This document shows positions 30,035 to 40,086 of a stretch of 64,000 bases of DNA, in pieces. Made by a program: the position numbers and the translations under genes. Source of the stretch: a virus (Duplodnaviria; Caudoviricetes); the IMG/VR virus record IMGVR_UViG_3300046167_000801; one strand, 5' to 3'. Below the pieces are notes generated by a model, which saw only the letters and a list, made by a program, of their open reading frames with translations, was not told where the DNA came from and made no database searches. How positions within the stretch are numbered: the stretch's first letter is position 1; every line of letters starts with the position of its first letter.

Positions 30035-30349
30035 ATGAGTTATATAATTGGTAAATCTTGTGTAAGTGTTTGTGATACCGCCTGTGTTGAGGTATGTCCT
30101 GTTGATTGTATACATGGACCCATAGACATAAACGGTACAGGTTCCGAAGTAACTCATATGTCTAAAGAAGATCTTATAGACAAACAACTATTCATAAATC
30201 CAGAAGAATGTATCTTATGTGGTGCTTGTGTACCTGAATGTCCTGTCGATGCAATATATGAAGATGAAGAAGAGACTATATCGATAGAGGGTAATGACGC
30301 GTCAGTAATAAAAAACTACGAATTCTTCGGACACACTTTCACTAACTAA
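30035..30349 (+). CDS. fdxA: FdxA-type dicluster ferredoxin
   Basis: CVSVCDTACVEVCPVDCI ... INPEECILCGACVPECPVDAIY. Confidence 0.85.
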   Translation: MSYIIGKSCVSVCDTACVEVCPVDCIHGPIDINGTGSEVTHMSKEDLIDKQLFINPEECILCGACVPECPVDAIYEDEEETISIEGNDASVIKNYEFFGHTFTN

Positions 30350-30359
30350 CATCAAAATT

Positions 30360-30962
30360 ATGAAGTATTTAAAATTAAAACTTGCATTAATATCTGTTTT
30401 TGTATTGGTTGCATCTACCTCATTCACCGATAACAGTATGGTCGTTGGACAGACAGAAACTATTATTACTTTACCGATCAAAGGTATTGAAGAAATGGAA
30501 TTAGATTATATTGAACCCGTACTAATTGAGATTATAGAAACGGATCAAACTGAGGATTTTTTAAATGCCGTTGGTTTTAAGGAATCGGGTAACAGGTATG
30601 ATATAGTCAATAAGTTTGGTTATATGGGTCGATATCAGTTCGGTAGAGGGACTTTAAAGGGTTTGGGGTACAAAGTAACCCAAGAGGAGTTTTTAAACTC
30701 ACCAGAGATTCAGGAAAGGGCCATGATGGATCTTTTAAAACATAATAAAAAGAAACTACAAAAATACATAGACAAATATGAGGGTCAAACCATACATGGT
30801 ATCTATATAACAGAGTCGGGTGTTTTAGCTGCGGCTCATTTAGGAGGTCAGGGTAACGTAAAAAAATTCTTTAGACGAGGTAAAAAGTTTAAAGATGGGT
30901 TTGGTACAGGTATAACAACCTATATGGAAAAATTTGCGGGATATGATCTTGATTTATATTAA
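30360..30962 (+). CDS. secreted lysozyme-like/transglycosylase protein
   Basis: Signal peptide; A.GFKESG.RY...N.FGYMGRYQFG; AAHLGG. Confidence 0.7.
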   Translation: MKYLKLKLALISVFVLVASTSFTDNSMVVGQTETIITLPIKGIEEMELDYIEPVLIEIIETDQTEDFLNAVGFKESGNRYDIVNKFGYMGRYQFGRGTLKGLGYKVTQEEFLNSPEIQERAMMDLLKHNKKKLQKYIDKYEGQTIHGIYITESGVLAAAHLGGQGNVKKFFRRGKKFKDGFGTGITTYMEKFAGYDLDLY

Positions 30963-32662
30963 GAAATAGGACCTGTAGATTTATCATCTAAACTATCGTA
31001 ATCCTTGTCGAAATCTATATCATCACTATCTAAATCTATCCATGCGGGTTCTGCTTGAGTTTTCCATGTATTGTGTGAGAATATTAGAACACCTGAACTT
31101 CCATCACCTGGATCAAGAACATAGAAATTAGTATTATCGTCGACACTTTGACTTTTAGAATATACTCCAAGAAGGTATTGAGGAGGTAGATCACCTGAAC
31201 TTATTTTAGATGAGCCATCTTCACTATCTTTATTAAAATCAAATACACCATAACCTTGTTCAGCTGTTATCTCAAAATAATCAGGACCATAGGTGATGTT
31301 GTTAAGTTTTGACCAACTACCTCTTTTAGCGTCGAATATACCGACCTTACCTGAATTATTATCCTGTACGACTTTAATATCTTTATCTTGTTGAGATATA
31401 AAATTAATACTGAAAGTACTTAACATTAGTGATGTTAGTATGTCACCCACACTAGATCCCGATCTCTCAAGTCTCTGAACTAAATAATCACTAACCGACT
31501 TACTTCTTTTCTTTAACAAATAAACAAAAGTGTCGTACTCTTTAATGACATCAGTTGGGTTACCTTGATCTAAATGTACTTCAAAATATAATCTTACATC
31601 TTGATCAGACAGTGAATTAAAAGAACGTATTTTGTGAAGTTCATTACCTCTATTGATATATGCCCTTTTAAGTTCAGGGTCTTGAATAACGAAATCGTAT
31701 TCACTATTGGGTTCCTCAGTTATTCTACGTATTTTTCTATCTAAATCATCAACCTTAAGGTCCATTTCTTTAGACTCATCAAATGTTTCAAAACTTAGTT
31801 TATCTAATGCACCCTCCGCCCTCAATTGTGGGTATATATGTAATAAAGATTTCGCCTCGTCATCAGGATCGTCAATTGAAATTAACTTATCGTGATTCGT
31901 ATTTGATCCATTTGTAAGTCTGAAAGGGAAACCATTTTCCGAATTCTCTAATTTCTGTAATGCACCTAAATGAAATTCGTTGTCCGCTGATTTCGTTTCG
32001 TCAATAACGAAATAGAATGTTCTTGCGGGTGTACGACTTCTATAACTTTGCCAAAGATTGGACATACTGTCCGTACCTTTAAAATTTGTTACACACCATT
32101 TATTAGAAGTACCAAAATTTTCAGCAGCTAACGAATATTGATAGAATCCAAAAGAAACTGCGTCTCTTTGTGTCTTAGGTTTATATATCCTAAAACCATT
32201 TCCATCATCATATATCTTAAATTGGTCACCGAACCACAAGTTTTTGGATTCTTCAACCCATTCTTTTTTACCCTTTTTAGGATCTTCAAAAAAGTATGAT
32301 TTTTTCTTAGTACCAACACCTATCCCAAACTGAGCAAATAGAGTACTAATTTGTGGAAAACTATAAGCGACAATGTCTTTAAGTTTATTTGGTAGGAATT
32401 CGTCTCTCCCATTTTGACCATTGTACTTTTGAAGAAAAGATACTATTTCAGGTCTTTTAAGACTATTTAATTGGTCCTTTAAAGGTTTAATTCTATTTCC
32501 TTCATCATCAGTACCACCCATAAATCTACTAAATATAAATTCAGTTATTTCGGGAGTAACTCTATCATCTTGACTATTCCACTTTTGGTGTAGAGCATTA
32601 AGAAGTTTTTTGTTTTTAACTTCTTCGACAATTAGGTCGTACATTATACTTTTAAAATCCAT
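30959..32662 (-). CDS. large hypothetical phage protein
   Basis: 567-aa ORF, KWCVT...WQSY..FYFVID motif, upstream TATTTATA. Confidence 0.7.
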   Translation of the reverse strand: MDFKSIMYDLIVEEVKNKKLLNALHQKWNSQDDRVTPEITEFIFSRFMGGTDDEGNRIKPLKDQLNSLKRPEIVSFLQKYNGQNGRDEFLPNKLKDIVAYSFPQISTLFAQFGIGVGTKKKSYFFEDPKKGKKEWVEESKNLWFGDQFKIYDDGNGFRIYKPKTQRDAVSFGFYQYSLAAENFGTSNKWCVTNFKGTDSMSNLWQSYRSRTPARTFYFVIDETKSADNEFHLGALQKLENSENGFPFRLTNGSNTNHDKLISIDDPDDEAKSLLHIYPQLRAEGALDKLSFETFDESKEMDLKVDDLDRKIRRITEEPNSEYDFVIQDPELKRAYINRGNELHKIRSFNSLSDQDVRLYFEVHLDQGNPTDVIKEYDTFVYLLKKRSKSVSDYLVQRLERSGSSVGDILTSLMLSTFSINFISQQDKDIKVVQDNNSGKVGIFDAKRGSWSKLNNITYGPDYFEITAEQGYGVFDFNKDSEDGSSKISSGDLPPQYLLGVYSKSQSVDDNTNFYVLDPGDGSSGVLIFSHNTWKTQAEPAWIDLDSDDIDFDKDYDSLDDKSTGPIS

Positions 32663-32696
32663 ATAAGAAATGTTTTCTTATATAAATATATGGGTT

Positions 32697-33065
32697 TTAA
32701 CTTATAGTCGACGGTAATTGGGTCGAGATTGATAATTTAATACTATCAATTTCCTCTAATGCCGTTTTAAGAGTTCTTTCCACTAACATGAGTTTCATAA
32801 TGACCTCCGCGTTTGGGTTTGAGTGTTCACTTATAAGATTATTTAAAACCATATTCTTAACCACTTCCTCATTATGAGAAACCTTAAGTCGATTCTTCTT
32901 TCTTTGATGATATTTTCTTGAATTTTCTTTAGTACAGGAGACACAATAGATACTATGACCATCGTTCATTCTCTTGTTCTTGTAAAACTCTGTTAGTGGT
33001 AAATCTTCTTGACAACCACTACATTTTTTCATACCTTTTTTCATATTCTTTATTATAATATTCAA
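32697..33065 (-). CDS. zinc-finger protein (endonuclease VII-like N-terminal Zn module)
   Basis: CSGC...LTEFYKN......YCVSC. Confidence 0.55.
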   Translation of the reverse strand: MNIIIKNMKKGMKKCSGCQEDLPLTEFYKNKRMNDGHSIYCVSCTKENSRKYHQRKKNRLKVSHNEEVVKNMVLNNLISEHSNPNAEVIMKLMLVERTLKTALEEIDSIKLSISTQLPSTIS

Positions 33066-33114
33066 AATTACTTTTACAAAAGTATGTATTAATTAGGATA
33101 TAGCCAAATACATT

Positions 33115-33681
33115 ATGGAAAAACTTTTATTTAAACAAGGGTATTATTCAGTATATGAAGTAACTGTCAGGAGTAAAACTAAGTATAGGGTCGATAGTGG
33201 GAAGACATTATTTGTCGCAAGATTTAATAAGTATATTCCAAATCCATATCGTGATATTAAAGATTTCACATCATTAACTAAGGCCAAGGAATATGTTTCT
33301 AAAAAATTAAAGAAGAGTAAATCGGTAAAGAAAAAGAAATTAGATAAAGTACCTAAGTCTTTGTATTTGGTTTTGTTAAAAGAAGAGAAGTCAGGTAAGA
33401 CATTTGTTAAAGTGGGTATCACCTCAAAAAGATTTATAATGAGACGATTCTCCAAAAAATACGGGTATGAAGGATATACCTTAGAATCTATACTTCGTAG
33501 GTTAGACACCCCTCGAGCGGAAAGATTGGAAGAAAGTATAAAACTTACTTTAAAAAAGAAAAGATCTGTAAAAAGTTACAGACCTCTTTTGGAAAGTTTT
33601 GGTGGTTACACTGAATGTTACGAATATGGTTCTTTAGAGACCATATTAAAAGTATTTGATTCGGCAACTAAAAATGTTTAG
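33115..33681 (+). CDS. GIY-YIG/T5orf172-like nuclease
   Basis: LYLVLL.....FVKVGIT...RF...GGYTEC. Confidence 0.55.
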   Translation: MEKLLFKQGYYSVYEVTVRSKTKYRVDSGKTLFVARFNKYIPNPYRDIKDFTSLTKAKEYVSKKLKKSKSVKKKKLDKVPKSLYLVLLKEEKSGKTFVKVGITSKRFIMRRFSKKYGYEGYTLESILRRLDTPRAERLEESIKLTLKKKRSVKSYRPLLESFGGYTECYEYGSLETILKVFDSATKNV

Positions 33682-34028
33682 CCTATACCTAACCAATTTA
33701 GGAATTTATCAATGATATCACCGTGTTCGGATCTACAAGATTTCATAATCTTGACTTCCTTATCTGTTAATTTTGATGCCGTGTTTGGTCCCCACACCCC
33801 ATCTACAGGGTATAATTTTTTCTTACTTTGGAAATTTTCAATGGCCTTTCTTGTACCATCACCATGTAAACCATCTACTTTTAGTTTAGCTCCCATAGTT
33901 TTATTTAAAAAACATTGTACCGCCTTTTTAAAATTTAACTCGGATGTCTGTTCAGTTACTAATTTTTCCTCAACGACGTTGTCGAGAATTTTCTTTACTT
34001 GTCCCTCTGTAAAAATGTATTTTTTCAT
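33678..34028 (-). CDS. peptidoglycan-binding domain protein
   Basis: VQCFL...LKVDGLHG..TRKAIENFQ....VDGVWGPNT. Confidence 0.75.
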   Translation of the reverse strand: MKKYIFTEGQVKKILDNVVEEKLVTEQTSELNFKKAVQCFLNKTMGAKLKVDGLHGDGTRKAIENFQSKKKLYPVDGVWGPNTASKLTDKEVKIMKSCRSEHGDIIDKFLNWLGIG

Positions 34029-34040
34029 ATTATATAAATA

Positions 34041-34661
34041 TTAGTTTAAAAAATTTGATAGATATCCACCGATACGTTCCGCACGTTGGTTAAGGAGTGA
34101 TAACTCTTTTTTAGATAATTTATTCTTCTTAAGGTAATCAATACCGATAGTCCCTATACATTTATTAGTTCCGATATCATGTAATGCAACTGCGTATGTG
34201 GAAATAGTTCCTGTACTTTCGGCAGCCCCTTTAAGTCCGTACGTCGCCACTTTAGGGTCGTTGAAGTCTGGTATATATAAATTACCATGTTCCATTAATT
34301 GGTGTGTAGATCTTTGATATAAACTTATAGGTATATTTGAGAAGATGTGACCTACGTTACTAACCCCTGGAGAACAACTCTCATACATAACAGAGAATTT
34401 CTGAATAGACTTATTGGTAAGTAGAAAATGACCCCCATTGTGGTACATTTTTACCCAAACTCTATCTGATTTTAATCTTTTTCTAATGTCATCTAACTCA
34501 TCCAAAATAGTTGCTGATTGTACAACTTCATTCTTGATGGGGTCAATTGTTACCTTCTTTCTTAACTTTGCTTTAACGATCTCAACGATTGTTGGACCTA
34601 ACACTGCGGTGATAACCGCCACTATAATAATTCCGATCATTTCTAATGTATGTGAATCCAT
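34041..34661 (-). CDS. TM + GAF-like domain protein (T4 holin T-like architecture)
   Basis: One N-terminal TM helix followed by DRVWV..YHNGG....KFS domain. Confidence 0.45.
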   Translation of the reverse strand: MDSHTLEMIGIIIVAVITAVLGPTIVEIVKAKLRKKVTIDPIKNEVVQSATILDELDDIRKRLKSDRVWVKMYHNGGHFLLTNKSIQKFSVMYESCSPGVSNVGHIFSNIPISLYQRSTHQLMEHGNLYIPDFNDPKVATYGLKGAAESTGTISTYAVALHDIGTNKCIGTIGIDYLKKNKLSKKELSLLNQRAERIGGYLSNFLN

Positions 34662-34856
34662 ATAAATTTATATATTAATAAATACACCATAAAACAACCT
34701 TTTTCAATAAAAAAATAATTTTTTAAAACATAAATCTACAAAGTACTAATAAAACTAGCTCAGACGTTCGATAGTGTTGATAACGATCTTTATTTTTCTT
34801 ATATTTTATGTAAATCATATTTATCATATGAATATGTTTAATAAATTTCCCAACTA

Positions 34857-35393
34857 ATGACTAAAATAATAAATCTTTTCGGAGGACCCGGAATAGGTAA
34901 GTCCTCAATATCTGCAGGGTTACTATATAGATTGAAGAAACAACATATAAGTTGTGATAACCCCTATGAGTTCCCTAAATTATTAGCATGGGACGAAAAC
35001 CATTCTGCGATAAGAGATCAATTATTTGTTTTAGCTAACCAACATAGAGGTATAGTTAAGTCATATGGTAAGGTTGATTATATTATATTAGATTCACCAA
35101 TCATTCTATCGTTAACTTATAAAAACAAGTACAGATCTCAGGAGTATCCTGCAACGCTATATGGGGATACGTTCGATAAAATGTTATTAGAGATTCATAA
35201 TCAATATGAAAATATAAACATAGTATTAGACAGAAGTGAGGGTATTCATAATAGTAATGAAAGGTACCAAAATCTACAGGAATCAATAATATTAGACGAA
35301 GTCATTGAAAATTCGTTAGTACAACATGATTTACCATATCACAAAATAAAAGTGGATGACAACACAGTAAACAATATTTTAAAATTATTATAA
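34857..35393 (+). CDS. NadR/AAA_28-type P-loop kinase
   Basis: INLFGGPGIGKSS; ILDSPIILS. Confidence 0.75.
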   Translation: MTKIINLFGGPGIGKSSISAGLLYRLKKQHISCDNPYEFPKLLAWDENHSAIRDQLFVLANQHRGIVKSYGKVDYIILDSPIILSLTYKNKYRSQEYPATLYGDTFDKMLLEIHNQYENINIVLDRSEGIHNSNERYQNLQESIILDEVIENSLVQHDLPYHKIKVDDNTVNNILKLL

Positions 35394-36004
35394 TGTATCA
35401 AAGAATAAACAAACTTATTATTATTTGTCTCTTTATTGCGACACAATCTGTTTTCGGTCAGGTCAAAACCTATAAAGGAGAATTATATACCGTAGTCTAT
35501 TCTGAAGATTATGAACAACCATTACAGGTAACTTATAGAGTTATGTGTCCTACAGGAGAAATTAGTAGGGACGGTATGGATTTTTGGAAACCTTCTGGTT
35601 GGAATACCTCAGATAATGGAGATTATAAAGCAAACGTATACGACAAGGGACACATGGCACCTGCCGCGGCATTTAATTGTTTTGATAAACAAACACTTAA
35701 AGAAACATTTAACTACTTAAATTGTGCATTACAACACCAATCGTTGAATAGAGGACCTTGGAAAGAATTGGAAAGGTTTGAAAGGGACCTATCAAAAGTA
35801 TTTGAGAATGTTGAGGTAAGTATCACCATTCACTTTGATAATGAACCTACGTTTGTTGATGGCGGTGCTCAAATTCCAAGTGGGTTCACAAAAACTATAG
35901 TTGTTGGGAAAAACAAATGGACGTTCTATTTCGACAACATAAATTTGAAGGGTAGAGATTGGAGTGATTTCCAAATACCTAACAAGAGACCCGAATCCGA
36001 TTAA
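35393..36004 (+). CDS. secreted DNA/RNA non-specific endonuclease
   Basis: Signal peptide; YDKGHMAPAA, LN.ALQ...LNRG.W..LE. Confidence 0.85.
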   Translation: MYQRINKLIIICLFIATQSVFGQVKTYKGELYTVVYSEDYEQPLQVTYRVMCPTGEISRDGMDFWKPSGWNTSDNGDYKANVYDKGHMAPAAAFNCFDKQTLKETFNYLNCALQHQSLNRGPWKELERFERDLSKVFENVEVSITIHFDNEPTFVDGGAQIPSGFTKTIVVGKNKWTFYFDNINLKGRDWSDFQIPNKRPESD

Positions 36005-36010
36005 TAATTA

Positions 36011-36217
36011 ATGAGGTATCCCTCCAATAGAAGAAAGTGTGAATACATAAATGGTGAACTATATATAGTTCATGCAAAATACCCCCAAAACAGGGTTAAA
36101 AATGTCTTAGGGGTAAAAGAATGGTTAGGGGTAGACCACGTATTTAAATCTCATAGAGATAATACATATGTTTTTTGTGATCTAATAGAGTGTATTGAGT
36201 GGGAGGAGATTATTTAA
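36011..36217 (+). CDS. hypothetical protein
   Basis: 68-aa ORF. Confidence 0.5.
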   Translation: MRYPSNRRKCEYINGELYIVHAKYPQNRVKNVLGVKEWLGVDHVFKSHRDNTYVFCDLIECIEWEEII

Positions 36218-36641
36218 CACTAATCTTCCTACTTCTTTTTTTAGGTTTAATGGAATTATAAATACTATTAAAATTTTCCATGATGTGTTTAAAGATTGCG
36301 GCCATCTCGTAATTTTCAGACTCTTCATTCTTTTTCCATAGTATAGTAACTAAACTAAGTAATTCATTTTCGGTTATTTTAATCTTACCCCCTATTGTTG
36401 TATTAACAACTTTAAGTGCTACGTAAGATAAACCTCGTTTTTTGTCTTCCGTTAAACTGAAATATCTAGTAACTTCAATAGTCTGACTAACTTTATTACT
36501 GATTTTGTCGATTAGTTGTACGAACGACGGATGATTGATATCTACATTAATTGCCATAAGTTCCTCGTTTATTAATAAATATCTGTTAATTATGATTACT
36601 TTTAGTGGTTTAAAGTTATTTTCCCCACTTTCCCTCTGCAA
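36210..36641 (-). CDS. hypothetical protein (start probably MAINVD)
   Basis: ORF, helical. Confidence 0.5.
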   Translation of the reverse strand: MQRESGENNFKPLKVIIINRYLLINEELMAINVDINHPSFVQLIDKISNKVSQTIEVTRYFSLTEDKKRGLSYVALKVVNTTIGGKIKITENELLSLVTILWKKNEESENYEMAAIFKHIMENFNSIYNSIKPKKRSRKISVK

Positions 36642-37005
36642 CTATCTGGCAAATGATCCCATAAACTGATAAATCTTGGTAAGTATCCTTCACTGATTCA
36701 CCCACGTTGTCTTTGTTACCTAATAGAACTAATTGTTTTAGTCTTTGGATTTTATCATTCATTCTAAACCATAAACCCATTTGAGACATCTTGCGATCTT
36801 CTTTCTTCTCTAATGTAGTTCCCAATGAAATATTATCAGGGCCGTAATTAGATTGTTTTAGACAAAATAATTCATATTGTTCTTGCATGATGTTCTTAAA
36901 CATCTGAGTTGTTTCGGGGTAGTTAGATTCAACCTCAGACACAACATCCGATGTTACCACTTTTGTTACTAATTGTTCTTCCATATTAATTTTGTTGTTT
37001 GACAT
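36616..37005 (-). CDS. DUF1599/Nmad1 nucleotide-modification-associated domain protein
   Basis: KQSNYG ... RMNDKIQRL ... DTYQDLSVYGII. Confidence 0.75.
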   Translation of the reverse strand: MSNNKINMEEQLVTKVVTSDVVSEVESNYPETTQMFKNIMQEQYELFCLKQSNYGPDNISLGTTLEKKEDRKMSQMGLWFRMNDKIQRLKQLVLLGNKDNVGESVKDTYQDLSVYGIICQIVAEGKWGK

Positions 37006-37085
37006 ATTTTAATCTATTTATAGTTTATATAAAATATACATAAAAAAACTGGTTATATCAAATATTTATAATTAAACAACAGATT

Positions 37086-37322
37086 ATGGCATCTAAAAAA
37101 TCAAAAGAGGTAAAAAAACCTGAGAAGTCTCAAAAACCAAAAAATCAACAATTAATTCAAATGTTATCATTTAGAATTGTACCCGCTTATTTCAAAGAAA
37201 TTGAGAAGGTGGCAGATAAAAAAGACATGACGGTCTCTAAATTGATTAGATCATACATTAAAGACGGTATGCATAGAGATAAAGACTTTACCGCAGATGA
37301 CAAAGGGTTTAATATAGGTTAA
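37086..37322 (+). CDS. ribbon-helix-helix DNA-binding protein
   Basis: LSFRI......IEKVADKKDMTVSKLIRSYI. Confidence 0.6.
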   Translation: MASKKSKEVKKPEKSQKPKNQQLIQMLSFRIVPAYFKEIEKVADKKDMTVSKLIRSYIKDGMHRDKDFTADDKGFNIG

Positions 37323-38357
37323 TTATTTGTCGAACCTCTTAAATGAGTTTTGACTTATCACATTTGTAACTACTCCTCCAATAAAACGGGGGAGTATTTT
37401 TTTGTCCGTATAACTCATAGCGGATCTCAAATACGATGTAAAATTATCAACCCAACCTTCTAATGTGTATTCTACCTTATTACGTCTAACAACCCCTTCC
37501 GATGTTTTTAAATTTTCCTTACCTAAAGATTTTTGTACTTCTTTGGTACTCATACCTCTGAATACTTTATATAGTGGAATATCTGAGTTAAAACATTCTT
37601 TTGCGAATTTACTATATTGGTCGATACGTTCATCTCCCTTATTTGTTGTTTCACCACAACTCTCTAATGACTTATTGAAGACAGAACCCAACATAACATA
37701 GTCAGCCCCCAATGCAAGTGCTTTGATAATATCTGCGTATGTTTTGAACCCTCCATCGGCAACTATTTTACAGTCAAGATGTCTATTTCTCTTTTTAATC
37801 TTATTACATTCGTAAATTAAAGATGCCATTGGGTAACCAACACCTGTTTGAACGGTTGTTAAACATCCCCCACCATTTCCAATACCAATCCTTACATAAT
37901 CCGCACCTGCAAGACAGTAGTGGTAAAAAGTATCGGGATTTGCAACATTACCCACCATCAACTTTAACCTGTTTTGATGTTTTGATTTTGCGGTACGACA
38001 CGAACTCAGTAAGTCTGACATATGACCATTAGCCACGTCAATGAGTGCATACACGACCTTACCTTTAGGAATTTTAAAATTCTTATTTAAGAATATACTA
38101 TCAAATTCGGTCAGACTATAGGATAAAAAATGTTCGTCACTAATATGGGTATCATCAGGATTCTTAATGCGGGGTAAAACCACCGTTATACCTAAATTAC
38201 TGAAGTAATGATGGTTTTTCTCATCAACAACGGTATCCATAGGTGCTGTCATCAAAGGTAATTTGTCTTGATCGTAATAGGGAGTTACCTGTGATCTTGA
38301 TCTCACAGATGTAGTAGGCGCAGGCTGAATTAATATATCATTAAAATCGTACAACAT
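37323..38357 (-). CDS. IMP dehydrogenase/GMP reductase family protein
   Basis: APMDTV, IDVANGH, GNVAN, RIGIGNGGGCLT, ADGG, KALALGADYVMLG, FRGMS. Confidence 0.85.
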   Translation of the reverse strand: MLYDFNDILIQPAPTTSVRSRSQVTPYYDQDKLPLMTAPMDTVVDEKNHHYFSNLGITVVLPRIKNPDDTHISDEHFLSYSLTEFDSIFLNKNFKIPKGKVVYALIDVANGHMSDLLSSCRTAKSKHQNRLKLMVGNVANPDTFYHYCLAGADYVRIGIGNGGGCLTTVQTGVGYPMASLIYECNKIKKRNRHLDCKIVADGGFKTYADIIKALALGADYVMLGSVFNKSLESCGETTNKGDERIDQYSKFAKECFNSDIPLYKVFRGMSTKEVQKSLGKENLKTSEGVVRRNKVEYTLEGWVDNFTSYLRSAMSYTDKKILPRFIGGVVTNVISQNSFKRFDK

Positions 38358-38369
38358 GTTTAAGAATTT

Positions 38370-38777
38370 TTAGTTTTTTAATTTTTTGGCAATCTGTTTA
38401 CCTTTCTTAGTCAAGAAGAAGTGTTCTTTAGTGTTATCATCTTCATAGGACTCCATGATACCTTCGTCTTTTAATTGATACATGATTGATCCCGTAATTA
38501 TTTTTTTTAGAATAGAGTCGAATTCATCCTCACTCCAAAAGAAATCTAATTCAAGTGAGGGTTCTTCAACGTACTTATCAGTCACCAATTGGATAAGGTA
38601 TTTAGTTGCATATTCTTCCCCTATTTTATAATCATCGAAGAAAAACGATTCTCTCAAACCCTCCAAAATATTTTCTACATGGTGTAGAACTACTTTAGGT
38701 GCATTATATGTATTACTGAGTGACATACTTATAAGATACATAAAAATAATATTCAAGTCAACCCCCCTCATAAACAC
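38370..38777 (-). CDS. hypothetical protein
   Basis: ORF, start uncertain. Confidence 0.5.
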   Translation of the reverse strand: MFMRGVDLNIIFMYLISMSLSNTYNAPKVVLHHVENILEGLRESFFFDDYKIGEEYATKYLIQLVTDKYVEEPSLELDFFWSEDEFDSILKKIITGSIMYQLKDEGIMESYEDDNTKEHFFLTKKGKQIAKKLKN

Positions 38778-38832
38778 TTTCTTTTTTTAAAAAAATTACT
38801 TATATTTTATTTTAAAACAAGTAATTACTATT

Positions 38833-40086
38833 ATGGCAAAAAACGGAAAAATATTTATTCAGATCGCATCCTATAGAGATCCAGAACTGATTAACACCTT
38901 AGATGATTGTATTGATAAGGCAGACAAACCTGAAAAGTTGGTATTTGGTATTTGTTGGCAACACTCTGATGAAGATGAGTGGGACAATATAGACAAATAT
39001 AAAGATGATAAAAGATTTAAAATTGTTGATGTCAATTATAAAGACTCTAAAGGTGCGTGTTGGGCAAGAAACACACTACAACAAGAATATACAAACGAGG
39101 AGTATACATTACAGTTAGATTCCCACCACAGATTTATTGAGGGTTGGGATACTGAACTTATAAAGATGTTGAAGGGGTTACAAAAGAAAGGACATAAAAA
39201 ACCTTTATTGACTTCTTATATTTCATCTTATAATCCAGAGAACGACCCTGAAGGAAGAGTTAAAGTTCCATGGTTAATGAACTTTGATAGGTTTATACCT
39301 GAAGGTGCGGTTTTCTTCTTACCCGCAACAATACCGGGTTGGGAAAAGATGACAGAACCAATACCTGGTAGATTCTACTCGGCACATTTTGCATTTAGTT
39401 TAGGTAGTTTCGTTAAAGAAGTACCTCACGATCCCGAGTATTATTTCCACGGTGAAGAAATAAGTATTGCGGTAAGATCGTACACCCATGGTTATGACTT
39501 ATTTCACCCACACAAAATTATCGCTTGGCACGAATATACTCGTAAAGGTAGAACCAAACAATGGGATGATGATAAAACTTGGGGTGATAGAAATACTAAC
39601 TCTCATTTACGAAATAGGAAGTTATTTGAAATGGATGGTTTAGAGAAGGATATAGATTTTGGGATTTATGATTTCGGTACTGAAAGAACTTTAGAGGATT
39701 ATGAAAGATATGCGGGTGTCAATTTCAAAAAGAGATCCGTACAGGAGTATACAAAGAAAAATAATTTTGCACCAAACCCACCTCTATATGGTGAGGAATA
39801 TGAATCATCTTGGACGAGATCATTTAAACATTGTATTAATATACATAGGTCTTCCGTTACTGAAAAAGACTACTCATTTTGGGCGGTTATTTTCGAAGAT
39901 GAGGATGGTACACCTATACACAGAGAAGATTTAAATAAACAACAAATAGACACTTATCTTAACAGTTCAAAGGACACATTTAATGTGTGGAAAGAATTTG
40001 AAACTGTTAGACAACCTCAAAAGTGGATTGTTTGGCCACACTCGGAATCTAAGGGTTGGTTAGAAAAAATAGAAGGTAAATTATGA
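38833..40086 (+). CDS. GlcNAc-transferase (GT60/Gnt1-like)
   Basis: IFIQIASYRD, GACWARN, LQLDSHHRF, FHGEEI, G.DLFHP. Confidence 0.75.
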   Translation: MAKNGKIFIQIASYRDPELINTLDDCIDKADKPEKLVFGICWQHSDEDEWDNIDKYKDDKRFKIVDVNYKDSKGACWARNTLQQEYTNEEYTLQLDSHHRFIEGWDTELIKMLKGLQKKGHKKPLLTSYISSYNPENDPEGRVKVPWLMNFDRFIPEGAVFFLPATIPGWEKMTEPIPGRFYSAHFAFSLGSFVKEVPHDPEYYFHGEEISIAVRSYTHGYDLFHPHKIIAWHEYTRKGRTKQWDDDKTWGDRNTNSHLRNRKLFEMDGLEKDIDFGIYDFGTERTLEDYERYAGVNFKKRSVQEYTKKNNFAPNPPLYGEEYESSWTRSFKHCINIHRSSVTEKDYSFWAVIFEDEDGTPIHREDLNKQQIDTYLNSSKDTFNVWKEFETVRQPQKWIVWPHSESKGWLEKIEGKL

